Shown here in pieces: positions 41,778-50,511 of a stretch of DNA of 64,000 nt. The notes under the pieces are model-generated. The model did not search any database, was not told the DNA's origin, and saw only the letters and a program-made list of their open reading frames with translations. The DNA comes from Thermoplasmatota archaeon. Lineage in GTDB: Archaea; Thermoplasmatota; E2; DHVEG-1. The stretch covers positions 197,722-261,721 of the forward strand of contig JAOZSQ010000001.1 in the NCBI GenBank assembly GCA_029939595.1, read 5' to 3'. The position numbers and the translations under genes are program-made. Position 1 is the first letter of the stretch, and every line of letters starts with the position of its first letter.

Positions 41778-43390
41778 TGGCAGAAAAAACGGCAGAAGAG
41801 TGGGAAACCCTTTGGGGTAAACGAATGTACGGAGAGTCAAATCTTCCAAGATATAATCAAGTAAATTATATTTTGAAGGAGACTACAGGGGATAGGTATG
41901 TCACTCGTGCGGCGACAGAGAAGATACGAATGACAAGTCCAGGTAATTTGGCTGAAGTAAAAGATGCTGAAGATGTAATGTTGATTAATGTCAAATATAG
42001 TTTGGCAAAAGGCGAAACAAAGGCAGTTGTTCTTAAACCAAGTTCGGTTACATTGAAAGAGAAGGCGGGAACCGGTAACTTAGGAGTTTATGAAAATGTA
42101 AAAACTATTTTTGATACACCGGAGGGGTTTGTTTTTTATATTGACAGATCAAAAAACGAGTTTGAAACGGGGGATTCGGGTAAGAATAGGAATTATAGGA
42201 TTTATTTAAGGCATCCAGCGGGAACTTATGTTAATATTGCCGATTCGGGAGAATATACCAGAAAAGTAATGACCAATTCATTTGATTTTATTACTGGTGA
42301 TATGAATATTGGTGTTAAAAAGAATTACAATTTGGTTGCTGATGAAGAGATTAGAATAAATGCTGGAAGACATCATTATTTATCAATTGCTGGAAATAGT
42401 GTTTATGATACAAAAGGTAGACTTTATATAAGTGCTGGTGGTAATATGCTTTCACATTGTCATGCTGATTCAAGGGAAATAGTTGATGGTGCAAAGATGG
42501 GTTTTTATGGTTCAGATTTATATCAAGAGGCTTCGGGTATTATTACCATTTATGGTAAGAAGAAAGTTATTATTAAAACAGACGAATTAGAAGATCATTC
42601 AAATAGAAAAATATTAAAGATTAAAGGTAATATTAAGGAGACTGTTGCGGGTCATAGAACGATAGGATCTGATCAAATGACAATTACTTCAACTGGTACT
42701 GGTGGTTCGTTTAATGTGATGTCTGGTGGTAAGTATACTGCGGTTGTTCAAGGAGCGTATCAACAAGAGATTATGAACATGTATCCTTATCCTGAGTTAC
42801 CTTATTCGTTTTCAAGGAAGTTGACTGCTGGCGGGAAGAAAGAGGATTTTGTGTTGCCGTGTATGGTTGACAGAAATTTCATGTTAGCAACAGCTTGTAC
42901 AGATACATGGTTATTAGCAGGAACTTATAAAGCCAATTTTTTAGTAGCTGGTTCTTGGGCTGTTGAGACAACTTTGGGTACGATTGATTTGAAAACTAAA
43001 GTTGGTAAAATTGGTATAGAAGCGTTGGTTGGCGAAGTAAAAGCATCTAATAAAATTGGTGAAGTAAAAATTGATGCATTGGGAAATGTTCAAATGAAGA
43101 ATAAAGGTGGTGAAATAAAGGTTCATTCGCCATTACCAGAAATTGAGTTAAAGAATAAATCTAAAGGGAAAATAAAGATAGATATGATGGGTAAGATAAA
43201 AATGGAAGCATCTATACCGATGAAAGGAATTGAGTTGGGTAAAGCAACAAAAGACCAATCGGTTTATGGGAAATTGCTTATAAAATATTTATCAACACAT
43301 TTTCATGGAACAGGTGTTGGACCAAGTTCACCACCGGTTGTTCCACCAAATCCGATGGAATTGTTGAGTAAGTTGGTTTGGATTGAATAG
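41777..43390 (+). CDS. central spike beta-helical / apex protein (separate gene, coupled TAATG to the OB-domain gene)
   Basis: Repetitive Gly/Val-rich beta-strand periodicity. C-terminal THFHGTGVGP (HxH) resembles the metal-binding apex of gp5/gp138-type spikes. Confidence 0.45.
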   Translation: MAEKTAEEWETLWGKRMYGESNLPRYNQVNYILKETTGDRYVTRAATEKIRMTSPGNLAEVKDAEDVMLINVKYSLAKGETKAVVLKPSSVTLKEKAGTGNLGVYENVKTIFDTPEGFVFYIDRSKNEFETGDSGKNRNYRIYLRHPAGTYVNIADSGEYTRKVMTNSFDFITGDMNIGVKKNYNLVADEEIRINAGRHHYLSIAGNSVYDTKGRLYISAGGNMLSHCHADSREIVDGAKMGFYGSDLYQEASGIITIYGKKKVIIKTDELEDHSNRKILKIKGNIKETVAGHRTIGSDQMTITSTGTGGSFNVMSGGKYTAVVQGAYQQEIMNMYPYPELPYSFSRKLTAGGKKEDFVLPCMVDRNFMLATACTDTWLLAGTYKANFLVAGSWAVETTLGTIDLKTKVGKIGIEALVGEVKASNKIGEVKIDALGNVQMKNKGGEIKVHSPLPEIELKNKSKGKIKIDMMGKIKMEASIPMKGIELGKATKDQSVYGKLLIKYLSTHFHGTGVGPSSPPVVPPNPMELLSKLVWIE

Positions 43391-43399
43391 GAGGTTATT

Positions 43400-43594
43400 A
43401 TGCTTTCTTCAGCCAAAGACGGAATCAAAGAAAAACTTGACCAAATATTGAAAAAATTAGAAAAAATGGAGGGACATTGTGTTTTTTGTATTGAGGCAGA
43501 AGCACAAATGGAAGTTGTTGAGGAAGAAAATAAAAAATTAAAAAGATTTTGTCAGATATATAAAAAAAAGATAAAAGAGTTGGAATCCAACTAG
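43400..43594 (+). CDS. small coiled-coil protein with a CxxC pair
   Basis: ORF with AGGAGG SD. Confidence 0.3.
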   Translation: MLSSAKDGIKEKLDQILKKLEKMEGHCVFCIEAEAQMEVVEEENKKLKRFCQIYKKKIKELESN

Positions 43595-43638
43595 TATAAA
43601 TAGTGTTATATTTGTTAATTTTAAAAAAGGAGAAAATT

Positions 43639-44139
43639 ATGTTTAGATTTTTTATGGTTTTGTCATTTTTACTTATTCCATTTGTTTGTTTTGCTGAAGC
43701 AGCCCAACAGTCAATGGGAAATACACTTGTTGCTGTCGTATCAGTAATTGCAACGGTTGCAGCACTTATTATTGGTTATCTTGGCAAGTTTGGTTTGGTT
43801 AATCCACAAAAAGCAGCCGAATTAAAAGGAAAATTGGATGCTGCGGAAAAGATGGTAAAAGATGGTGCAGAGGCAATTGACAAGGTTGTTGATACTGTTG
43901 AAAAGTTGGGACTTGTTGATAGTGCTAAAATAGATGAAATAACCAATTCTGTAAGTGAGTTAGATCTTGTGGAAAAGGCACAACAAACTGAAAAATTAGT
44001 TCAAGAAGGAGCTAAAGTTTTGGATGATGTTCTTGAGGTTGTTGATAAGATTGGGACACCGAATGCCGATATTGTTGGAACAGCAAATGAGTTAAGTAAA
44101 GCAGCAGGAAACTTTTTATCTGGCAAGTTAAAAATTTGA
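43639..44139 (+). CDS. secreted/membrane-anchored coiled-coil protein (start moved to ATG 43639 with AAGGAGA SD; the track start 43603 is GTG)
   Basis: MFRFFMVLSFLLIPFVCFA signal-like segment, then TM helix LVAVVSVIATVAALIIGYLG. Confidence 0.4.
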   Translation: MFRFFMVLSFLLIPFVCFAEAAQQSMGNTLVAVVSVIATVAALIIGYLGKFGLVNPQKAAELKGKLDAAEKMVKDGAEAIDKVVDTVEKLGLVDSAKIDEITNSVSELDLVEKAQQTEKLVQEGAKVLDDVLEVVDKIGTPNADIVGTANELSKAAGNFLSGKLKI

Positions 44140-44450
44140 AAGGATTATATATTATCCAGTTTGGAAAGAAAGGATTTAAAAATTTTCTTACAAATTGCGG
44201 GCTGACAGAAGAAAGCTTTGAACAAATACTAAATGTCAGTTTAAAAGATATTGATATAAGCAATCTTTATTGGCAAGTTGATTGGACAAATGATCAAGAA
44301 GCTGTTGGTGATACTGAGCTTATTAAAGTTGCTGATGGTTATTATAATGAGTTATTCAGAATTGAACAACTTCCTGCTTATAAGTCTGCTCAAAGAGGTA
44401 TTTATTATATTGATGTGGACGTATTTAATGAAAAATTTGAAATGGAGTAG
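44136..44450 (+). CDS. hypothetical protein (no ATG in frame; TTG start overlapping the upstream stop)
   Basis: Open frame only. Low confidence. Confidence 0.25.
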   Translation: MKGLYIIQFGKKGFKNFLTNCGLTEESFEQILNVSLKDIDISNLYWQVDWTNDQEAVGDTELIKVADGYYNELFRIEQLPAYKSAQRGIYYIDVDVFNEKFEME

Positions 44451-44453
44451 TAT

Positions 44454-45122
44454 ATGCCTGTATCACTATTTGGGGGTCTTAAAACTTTTTTTGAAGCTTT
44501 ATATTCGGATGTTAAAAGTCCATGTATGTTGAAATCTTTGAATGCTGCAACTACATTTGCAACAGAAGTACATAAAACTTTAACAACATGTCCTGTTATG
44601 GGTGTAATAGCAGGAACCGTACCTGCTGCTCCTGCTCCTTATGCTGGAGTATTTACTCGCCAACCTTTACCAAGTGATTACGTACAAGCAGCTTTATTTG
44701 CTAAATTGAAAGATGGTTTAGAAGGTAGTTGGTGTAATAGTGCTAATCAAGTTATAACAGCAGCGTTAGGAGAAGCTATGGCCTATGATGATGCTTGTTG
44801 TGCTTATTTACAAACCCAATTAGTTTTGGTTGCTCCAGGAAATTGTGGTGGTCATGCTGGTTCTCCTATTACTGCACCTGGACCGGCTCCAATGATTTTA
44901 ATGGCTTGCCAGATGTTGACTACAATGGGTCAGTATGCCGATTTAAAAGGTCCGCCTGGAACTCAAATTCCCAAAGCAGCAAAAATGGCTGGTGATTTTG
45001 AAAAAGCATTTAAAGCATTTATGGCGGTTCAAGCTTCATTGAGTGTTGGAGGAAGTGTTGGTTTGGGTCCTCCTGGTGCTCTTGGTGCTGGTATTACTGT
45101 TACTACTGTTATTGCGGCTTAA
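44454..45122 (+). CDS. GC-rich Ala/Gly/Pro-rich cysteine-containing protein (222 aa)
   Basis: SD GGAGTAG. Composition shift. At least seven Cys. Confidence 0.4.
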   Translation: MPVSLFGGLKTFFEALYSDVKSPCMLKSLNAATTFATEVHKTLTTCPVMGVIAGTVPAAPAPYAGVFTRQPLPSDYVQAALFAKLKDGLEGSWCNSANQVITAALGEAMAYDDACCAYLQTQLVLVAPGNCGGHAGSPITAPGPAPMILMACQMLTTMGQYADLKGPPGTQIPKAAKMAGDFEKAFKAFMAVQASLSVGGSVGLGPPGALGAGITVTTVIAA

Positions 45123-45173
45123 ATTCTTTTTCATAAATATTAATGTAATTATAAATTTTGTAAAGGGATTCGT

Positions 45174-48100
45174 ATGACGTGGGAAAAGAAAGAATTTACT
45201 ATTGAGTTACTAGCAGATCCAAAAGTATCTCAATTATTAGATAAGCTTGAAACGCTAGGTGAAACAATAGTAACAATTGGTGAGATCATCAAAGCTCTTG
45301 CCGAACTCTATAAAATTTATCTTCTTAGTAGTATCAATCCTATCCTTGCTGCACTATATCTTCTTATTAAATTAATAAAAGAATTTATTGAAAGTCTCAA
45401 TCAAGTGGCTGTTCATGGTATTATTATGCTTCCTGGTTTAACTGGTGGATTGGGAACATTTTATACGTTTGGGGAGTTGAAATTAATGTATACTCCAAAG
45501 GTTTTTGGGGTTGAACAAGGAAATAGGAAAAAAGTTGAGCGTTTTATTGATGGTGCCGGATGGAAAGATTGGATGGAACCTGCATCAATTGAGTCTCTCA
45601 AATCAAAGTTAGTAGAACAATATGTTAATCATGGCTCTTCTATTTTTAATGTTCAGTCTGTTATTCAAGAGAATGGACGTTCAAAAGTGGCGGTAACGGA
45701 GGCTAACCGATGGTTGGATGCCAAATCAAAACAATCAGGTGAAGGTATATGGTTTTGTAATAAAGATGAACTTGGAGCGGCTTTTTTAGATTCTTTTACT
45801 GATTCTGAAGATCCATGTAGACCTAAAATGGATGATCATAGAATGTCATCTTCTTTAACCTTGTTTTTTGGAATAGGAGGAAAACTTGAAGCTATAAAAA
45901 TAGATGAAATTGTTGATTTGATTAATAAGGTTATGAAGTTGATTGGTAAACTAATGGATATGGACAGTTTTACCAAAGCAGCCGAGGCTGAAATCAAGAA
46001 AATGGAGACTACCTATAAGAAAATGCAAGGTAAAGATGCTCTTGAAATTCAGTACGAAAAAGATACGAAAGAAATGGAGGAGCGTCACGCTACAGAAATT
46101 GCTACTGCTAAAGGCGAAGGGGTGATGGATGAGAAGACCAAAGATGCGGATGGTCAGGAAATCACAAAACGAAAGTGGATGGAAAATCAAAGGAAAATAA
46201 TTGATAAAGATAATTGTTTACCATCTGCTGATGCCGAGGAATTTGAAGAACTTGCTCCTCAAGATTATGCTACACCGGTTACTTATTATGTTGAAGGTGT
46301 TAGATTAGATTCTGATGCTGATGATGAATGGGCTGGTAGCGAAATGACTGTACTTCAAAAGTCAGAAAATGGACAATTATCCCCACCTAAAACTAAAGCT
46401 GAAGCCGATAAACAAAAGAAAGCAATAGATATAGCGAAGAAAAAAAGGCAAACAAAAATTGACACATTAGAAAAAACAAGAAAAGCCCTAGAGAAAACAG
46501 AAAAAGCAGCAGCAGCCCAAGGTGCAAAAGATTTAGAAGCAATGAGAAAACGCCATAAGGCTGAAAAGAAGACTTTAGATGATAAATTTGCTGCTGACCA
46601 AAAAGCCAAAATAGCCAATGAACAAGCTTCAAAGAAAGCCGATGTTAAAAAAGAGTTAACATTAGAATCATTAGAAAATTCCTTGTTTGCTGGTGATTGG
46701 GTATCCTATCCCCTACTTCCTGATCTTATGCCATTTGTAGAACCAATTTTTGCCCAAATTTATGCCTATTTGGATGGTATGGCAGAATTGATTGCTGGTG
46801 CTGTTGCAATGATAGATGCTATGATAGCTTTGTTGGATGAAAAAATAGCAATAGTTAAAGAAATATTAGCTATTATTAAATTATTAAAAGCTTTAATTTC
46901 TGCATTAAATTCATTAAAAGGTGGAGCAGGTATTTATTGTCATTATCTCCCAATGGCTCCAGGAGGGGCAGCACGACTTAAAAGTAGTATTGGTACTGCT
47001 TGGGAAGAGTTACCAGCAATTTATAGTGAACCGATTAGTATATGTGGATGTCTTTGTTTTTGTGATATGGGTCCAGGAACGGAGTTACTTGCATTTGTTC
47101 TTGGTTTAAAACCCAATTATAATCCATTGGATTATATTGCTATTTGGTTCAGTTATATTGAAGATTTAATGAAGATTCGTGAAGTTGGAATGGGAATTTG
47201 GGATAAATTAATGAATGCCATTCAAGGTGCTATGAATCTTTTGAATGATACTTTAGCCGCTCTTGAAGCTATTTTAGCTCAATTAAAAAAGATAATCAGT
47301 ATTACTAAAGATATTTTAAAGGATATAATTAGTGTTGTTAAACATCCAGTTGATTTGCAAGGAAAAGCAGCCATTAAAGGTAAGTTGGGTGATAATAGAT
47401 TGGGGGCACTATCTCCTAAAGAAAAAGAAGTACAAATTGGTCAGTTACAAGACGAAATAATTGAAGAAGATTTTAAAGAGTTGTCGGATGCCGAGGTTGA
47501 GGAAAAGTCAAAAGAGAAAGTCGGTGCTGAATATGATGATATGACAGATAATGAAAAAGAAGATTTAAAAGAAGATTTAAAAGAGGATATGAAAATTGAT
47601 AAATTCAGTGACATGTCTGAAGAGGAAATGGATGATTTATTAAAAGAAAAATTGGGTGAAGAAGCATTTAATGGTCTGTCAGATGAAGAGAAGGATTTTG
47701 TTTTTCAAGATATTTTAAATGAGAAAATGGATAGTGCGTTGGATAAACTTGAAATGGAATTAGCAGGATCTCTTGAATTTAAATCTCCAAAAGCAGTTTC
47801 TATTATTGAAAGAGATGTTGATGGTGATAAAGAGAAAGTTAATGTATTACTTAAAGAATTGAAAAAAGATATATTATCCGATTTAACAGAACTTGGAAGA
47901 GACGTTGCTGAGAAAGTAATAGATAAACTGGAGAAGGTTATCAAACAAATGCTTGAGGATACTAAAGAAGACAGTTTGATGATGCAACAGTTGTTAAAAG
48001 ATATGCTTCATGAATGTTTTCTTAAAGTATTCTCGTATTTAAATAAGCAAAAATTGATAGATATTTTGTTGATTTTGATAAAAGGATGTTTGGATGATAT

Positions 48101-50504
48101 TCCAATAGATATGCTCAAGGCATTATTACCAAATTTACCAGATGATATATTAAAAGATCCTAAGAATATTGCGAGATTGTTAAATGCTCTGACTATTGAT
48201 GAATTAAAAGATTTATTAAAGAACTTTTTTGAGAATTTTGAGAATTTGAGTTTAGATGATCTTCCTAAAGGCATGTTATTAGCTCTTTTAGCTTTACTTA
48301 CTGATGAAGAATTGGCTGCTTTGCTTGATAGATTAAGTGATGATATATTGAACAAACTCAAAAATTTATTGTATAAAAATCCAGATTTACTAGCAAAATT
48401 ATTGGGAAAATTATCACCGGAGTTTTTATCATGGTTCTTTCAACAGTTTCCTTATGATTATATAAAGAACTTTTTTATAAGTTTAGTGAATTGGTATTGT
48501 GAAAATGATATGAAATTCTTTATATCGCTTATTAGTTACATATCATATAGTTTCTTATATACTATGAATAGTTATATGACTGTTTATATTATGAGAAGTG
48601 TTTTTACAAGAGTTAGTTATAGGGTTTTAAGAACTGTTATGGTTCGTATGAGAAGAATAGAGATACGTTATTTGCCTAAAGATATTTTAATAACCATATT
48701 GCAGCAATATCCTAGTCAAGTAATGCGTTATTTTCCAACCTCTGTTACCAGAAGATTGATGAATTCAGTTCCCCAGGAAAATAGAGAACAGATTAGCAAA
48801 CAGTTATCAGAAGGCGATTTAAAAAAAGTGTTGGGAGAAGTTCTCCAGGATGTTGATTATAGTGTATTACAAAGTATTTTTGATCAAATTCCTGTTACGA
48901 TTATTAGAAGATCCATGCAACGTCTGAGATTGGTTCATTATAGAAGAATTATTCAATATCTTTCATACGAAACAATGACATATTTGTTTAGTTATTTTAC
49001 ACAATATTATTTCTATTCAATGCCTATTTATTTAACTCAACAAATAATGATAAGTATTATTCAGTGTTTTCCGTATACGTATTTTATAGATTTAATTTAT
49101 CACATATTTACTAGTATTCCAAAAGATATGTTATTAAAGACGCTTACAATGTGTCTTCAACAAGGATTTTTTGATGATTTATTAGGTAAAATAACTCCTG
49201 AAATGATGTTGAAATTATTGAAAGAGTTGGATAGGGATACCCTATTGGAGTTGTTTGGTGAACTCTCAAAAGAAGATCTTTTGGATATGTTGAAAGGACT
49301 TATGCCTGATATACTCACTCCTGAAAGGCTTAAAGAGCTTTTAAGAGAGTTGGCTATGTTCTATTTAAGGAAAATATTAAAATGTACTATGATAGATGAA
49401 GTTGATGAAGAGGTTATAGATGAATTATTGAAGCATTTTAATATGGCACAATTAATTGAATTGTTAATGAAGCGAATTGGTGATTGTAAGAGTAAGGTTG
49501 TGGAGTGTATTCCAGAAGAGTTACTTGAGTTGATTGGTAGTCAGATGGATATTGCTGATTTAAAGGATAAATTGTTAAATCGGTTATCGGATGATGATAT
49601 TCGGGATTTGTTTAAAGATCTTACAGATGAACAATTAAAAGCGTTATTTGATTCGTTTGAAAGAAACATATTGGAAAAGATAGATGCTGTTATTGTAGAT
49701 GCATTGTTAGATGATAAGATACCAACAGAAGTGATGGAAGGTATAATTGAGATAGCATTAGACGAATTTAGAATAGTTTTTTGTGAGGTGCTTAAACAGA
49801 TAGATATTAGAACTATTGAAATAATGATAAAGTTATTGTCGGATGAGGATACTCGTGAACTTCTTAAAATGGTACTTTGGGATAATATTAAGTATATTCC
49901 AGAACAAATTTATCTTAATTTTTTGAGAAAATTCAAGACGCAAGAATTGAAAAAATGTTTTGAAAGAATGAGTGAGGAAGAGTATAAGAAAATGTTCGGG
50001 GAACTTGGACCAGAATCATACGCTAAAATATTTGAAAGATTAAATGATGATGAAGAAACATTGAATTTATTAATAGAGGAACTTACAGATAGACTTGAGA
50101 TTTCAATATTTGAAGAACTTGTGAAAGCGGTTCCTTCTCCAATGTTTGATACTATTGCTGAAGAAAATCAACATGTGGTTTTCTCTTATATTTTTAAGAA
50201 AATGCAATCTAAAATTTCAATTCCTTTGTTAAGAAAAGTTTTTACCTCATTAACTGATGAAATGAGAAGAGAAGTTTTAGACCCCTTGTTTTTCAGTGAA
50301 CATTATACTATACTAGAGGAAATTTCACAAGAAACATTAAGTGTTTTGTTTTGTCATGCGGATAAGGAATATTTTCATGATGATATTATTACTGATTTGA
50401 CAAAGGAAACTGTACGAGTTTTCTTATTAAGTATTTTAGATAACACAGATCTTACATTAACAGATCCGATTATTGAAATGTTGTTCAAATCGCTATTTTT
50501 ATAA
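45174..50504 (+). CDS. giant (1,776 aa) alpha-helical protein with three regions: N-terminal coiled coil, hydrophobic core segment, C-terminal Leu-rich helical repeats
   Basis: Long ORF with SD. Composition and repeat inspection. Confidence 0.5.
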   Translation: MTWEKKEFTIELLADPKVSQLLDKLETLGETIVTIGEIIKALAELYKIYLLSSINPILAALYLLIKLIKEFIESLNQVAVHGIIMLPGLTGGLGTFYTFGELKLMYTPKVFGVEQGNRKKVERFIDGAGWKDWMEPASIESLKSKLVEQYVNHGSSIFNVQSVIQENGRSKVAVTEANRWLDAKSKQSGEGIWFCNKDELGAAFLDSFTDSEDPCRPKMDDHRMSSSLTLFFGIGGKLEAIKIDEIVDLINKVMKLIGKLMDMDSFTKAAEAEIKKMETTYKKMQGKDALEIQYEKDTKEMEERHATEIATAKGEGVMDEKTKDADGQEITKRKWMENQRKIIDKDNCLPSADAEEFEELAPQDYATPVTYYVEGVRLDSDADDEWAGSEMTVLQKSENGQLSPPKTKAEADKQKKAIDIAKKKRQTKIDTLEKTRKALEKTEKAAAAQGAKDLEAMRKRHKAEKKTLDDKFAADQKAKIANEQASKKADVKKELTLESLENSLFAGDWVSYPLLPDLMPFVEPIFAQIYAYLDGMAELIAGAVAMIDAMIALLDEKIAIVKEILAIIKLLKALISALNSLKGGAGIYCHYLPMAPGGAARLKSSIGTAWEELPAIYSEPISICGCLCFCDMGPGTELLAFVLGLKPNYNPLDYIAIWFSYIEDLMKIREVGMGIWDKLMNAIQGAMNLLNDTLAALEAILAQLKKIISITKDILKDIISVVKHPVDLQGKAAIKGKLGDNRLGALSPKEKEVQIGQLQDEIIEEDFKELSDAEVEEKSKEKVGAEYDDMTDNEKEDLKEDLKEDMKIDKFSDMSEEEMDDLLKEKLGEEAFNGLSDEEKDFVFQDILNEKMDSALDKLEMELAGSLEFKSPKAVSIIERDVDGDKEKVNVLLKELKKDILSDLTELGRDVAEKVIDKLEKVIKQMLEDTKEDSLMMQQLLKDMLHECFLKVFSYLNKQKLIDILLILIKGCLDDIPIDMLKALLPNLPDDILKDPKNIARLLNALTIDELKDLLKNFFENFENLSLDDLPKGMLLALLALLTDEELAALLDRLSDDILNKLKNLLYKNPDLLAKLLGKLSPEFLSWFFQQFPYDYIKNFFISLVNWYCENDMKFFISLISYISYSFLYTMNSYMTVYIMRSVFTRVSYRVLRTVMVRMRRIEIRYLPKDILITILQQYPSQVMRYFPTSVTRRLMNSVPQENREQISKQLSEGDLKKVLGEVLQDVDYSVLQSIFDQIPVTIIRRSMQRLRLVHYRRIIQYLSYETMTYLFSYFTQYYFYSMPIYLTQQIMISIIQCFPYTYFIDLIYHIFTSIPKDMLLKTLTMCLQQGFFDDLLGKITPEMMLKLLKELDRDTLLELFGELSKEDLLDMLKGLMPDILTPERLKELLRELAMFYLRKILKCTMIDEVDEEVIDELLKHFNMAQLIELLMKRIGDCKSKVVECIPEELLELIGSQMDIADLKDKLLNRLSDDDIRDLFKDLTDEQLKALFDSFERNILEKIDAVIVDALLDDKIPTEVMEGIIEIALDEFRIVFCEVLKQIDIRTIEIMIKLLSDEDTRELLKMVLWDNIKYIPEQIYLNFLRKFKTQELKKCFERMSEEEYKKMFGELGPESYAKIFERLNDDEETLNLLIEELTDRLEISIFEELVKAVPSPMFDTIAEENQHVVFSYIFKKMQSKISIPLLRKVFTSLTDEMRREVLDPLFFSEHYTILEEISQETLSVLFCHADKEYFHDDIITDLTKETVRVFLLSILDNTDLTLTDPIIEMLFKSLFL

Positions 50505-50511
50505 GGAATAT

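Noticed and set aside
7137-45122. Interpretation as an extracellular contractile injection system or tailocin rather than a phage tail
   Set aside because: I see no AAA+ ATPase (Afp15-like) or cap/terminator hallmark in Afp order. The locus has an antirepressor, a G/GT-type frameshifted chaperone, a Mu/P2-like TMP-X-hub-spike order and a 3.9-k-aa tape measure, all more phage-like. It cannot be fully excluded without the flanking contig (capsid and terminase absent from the window).
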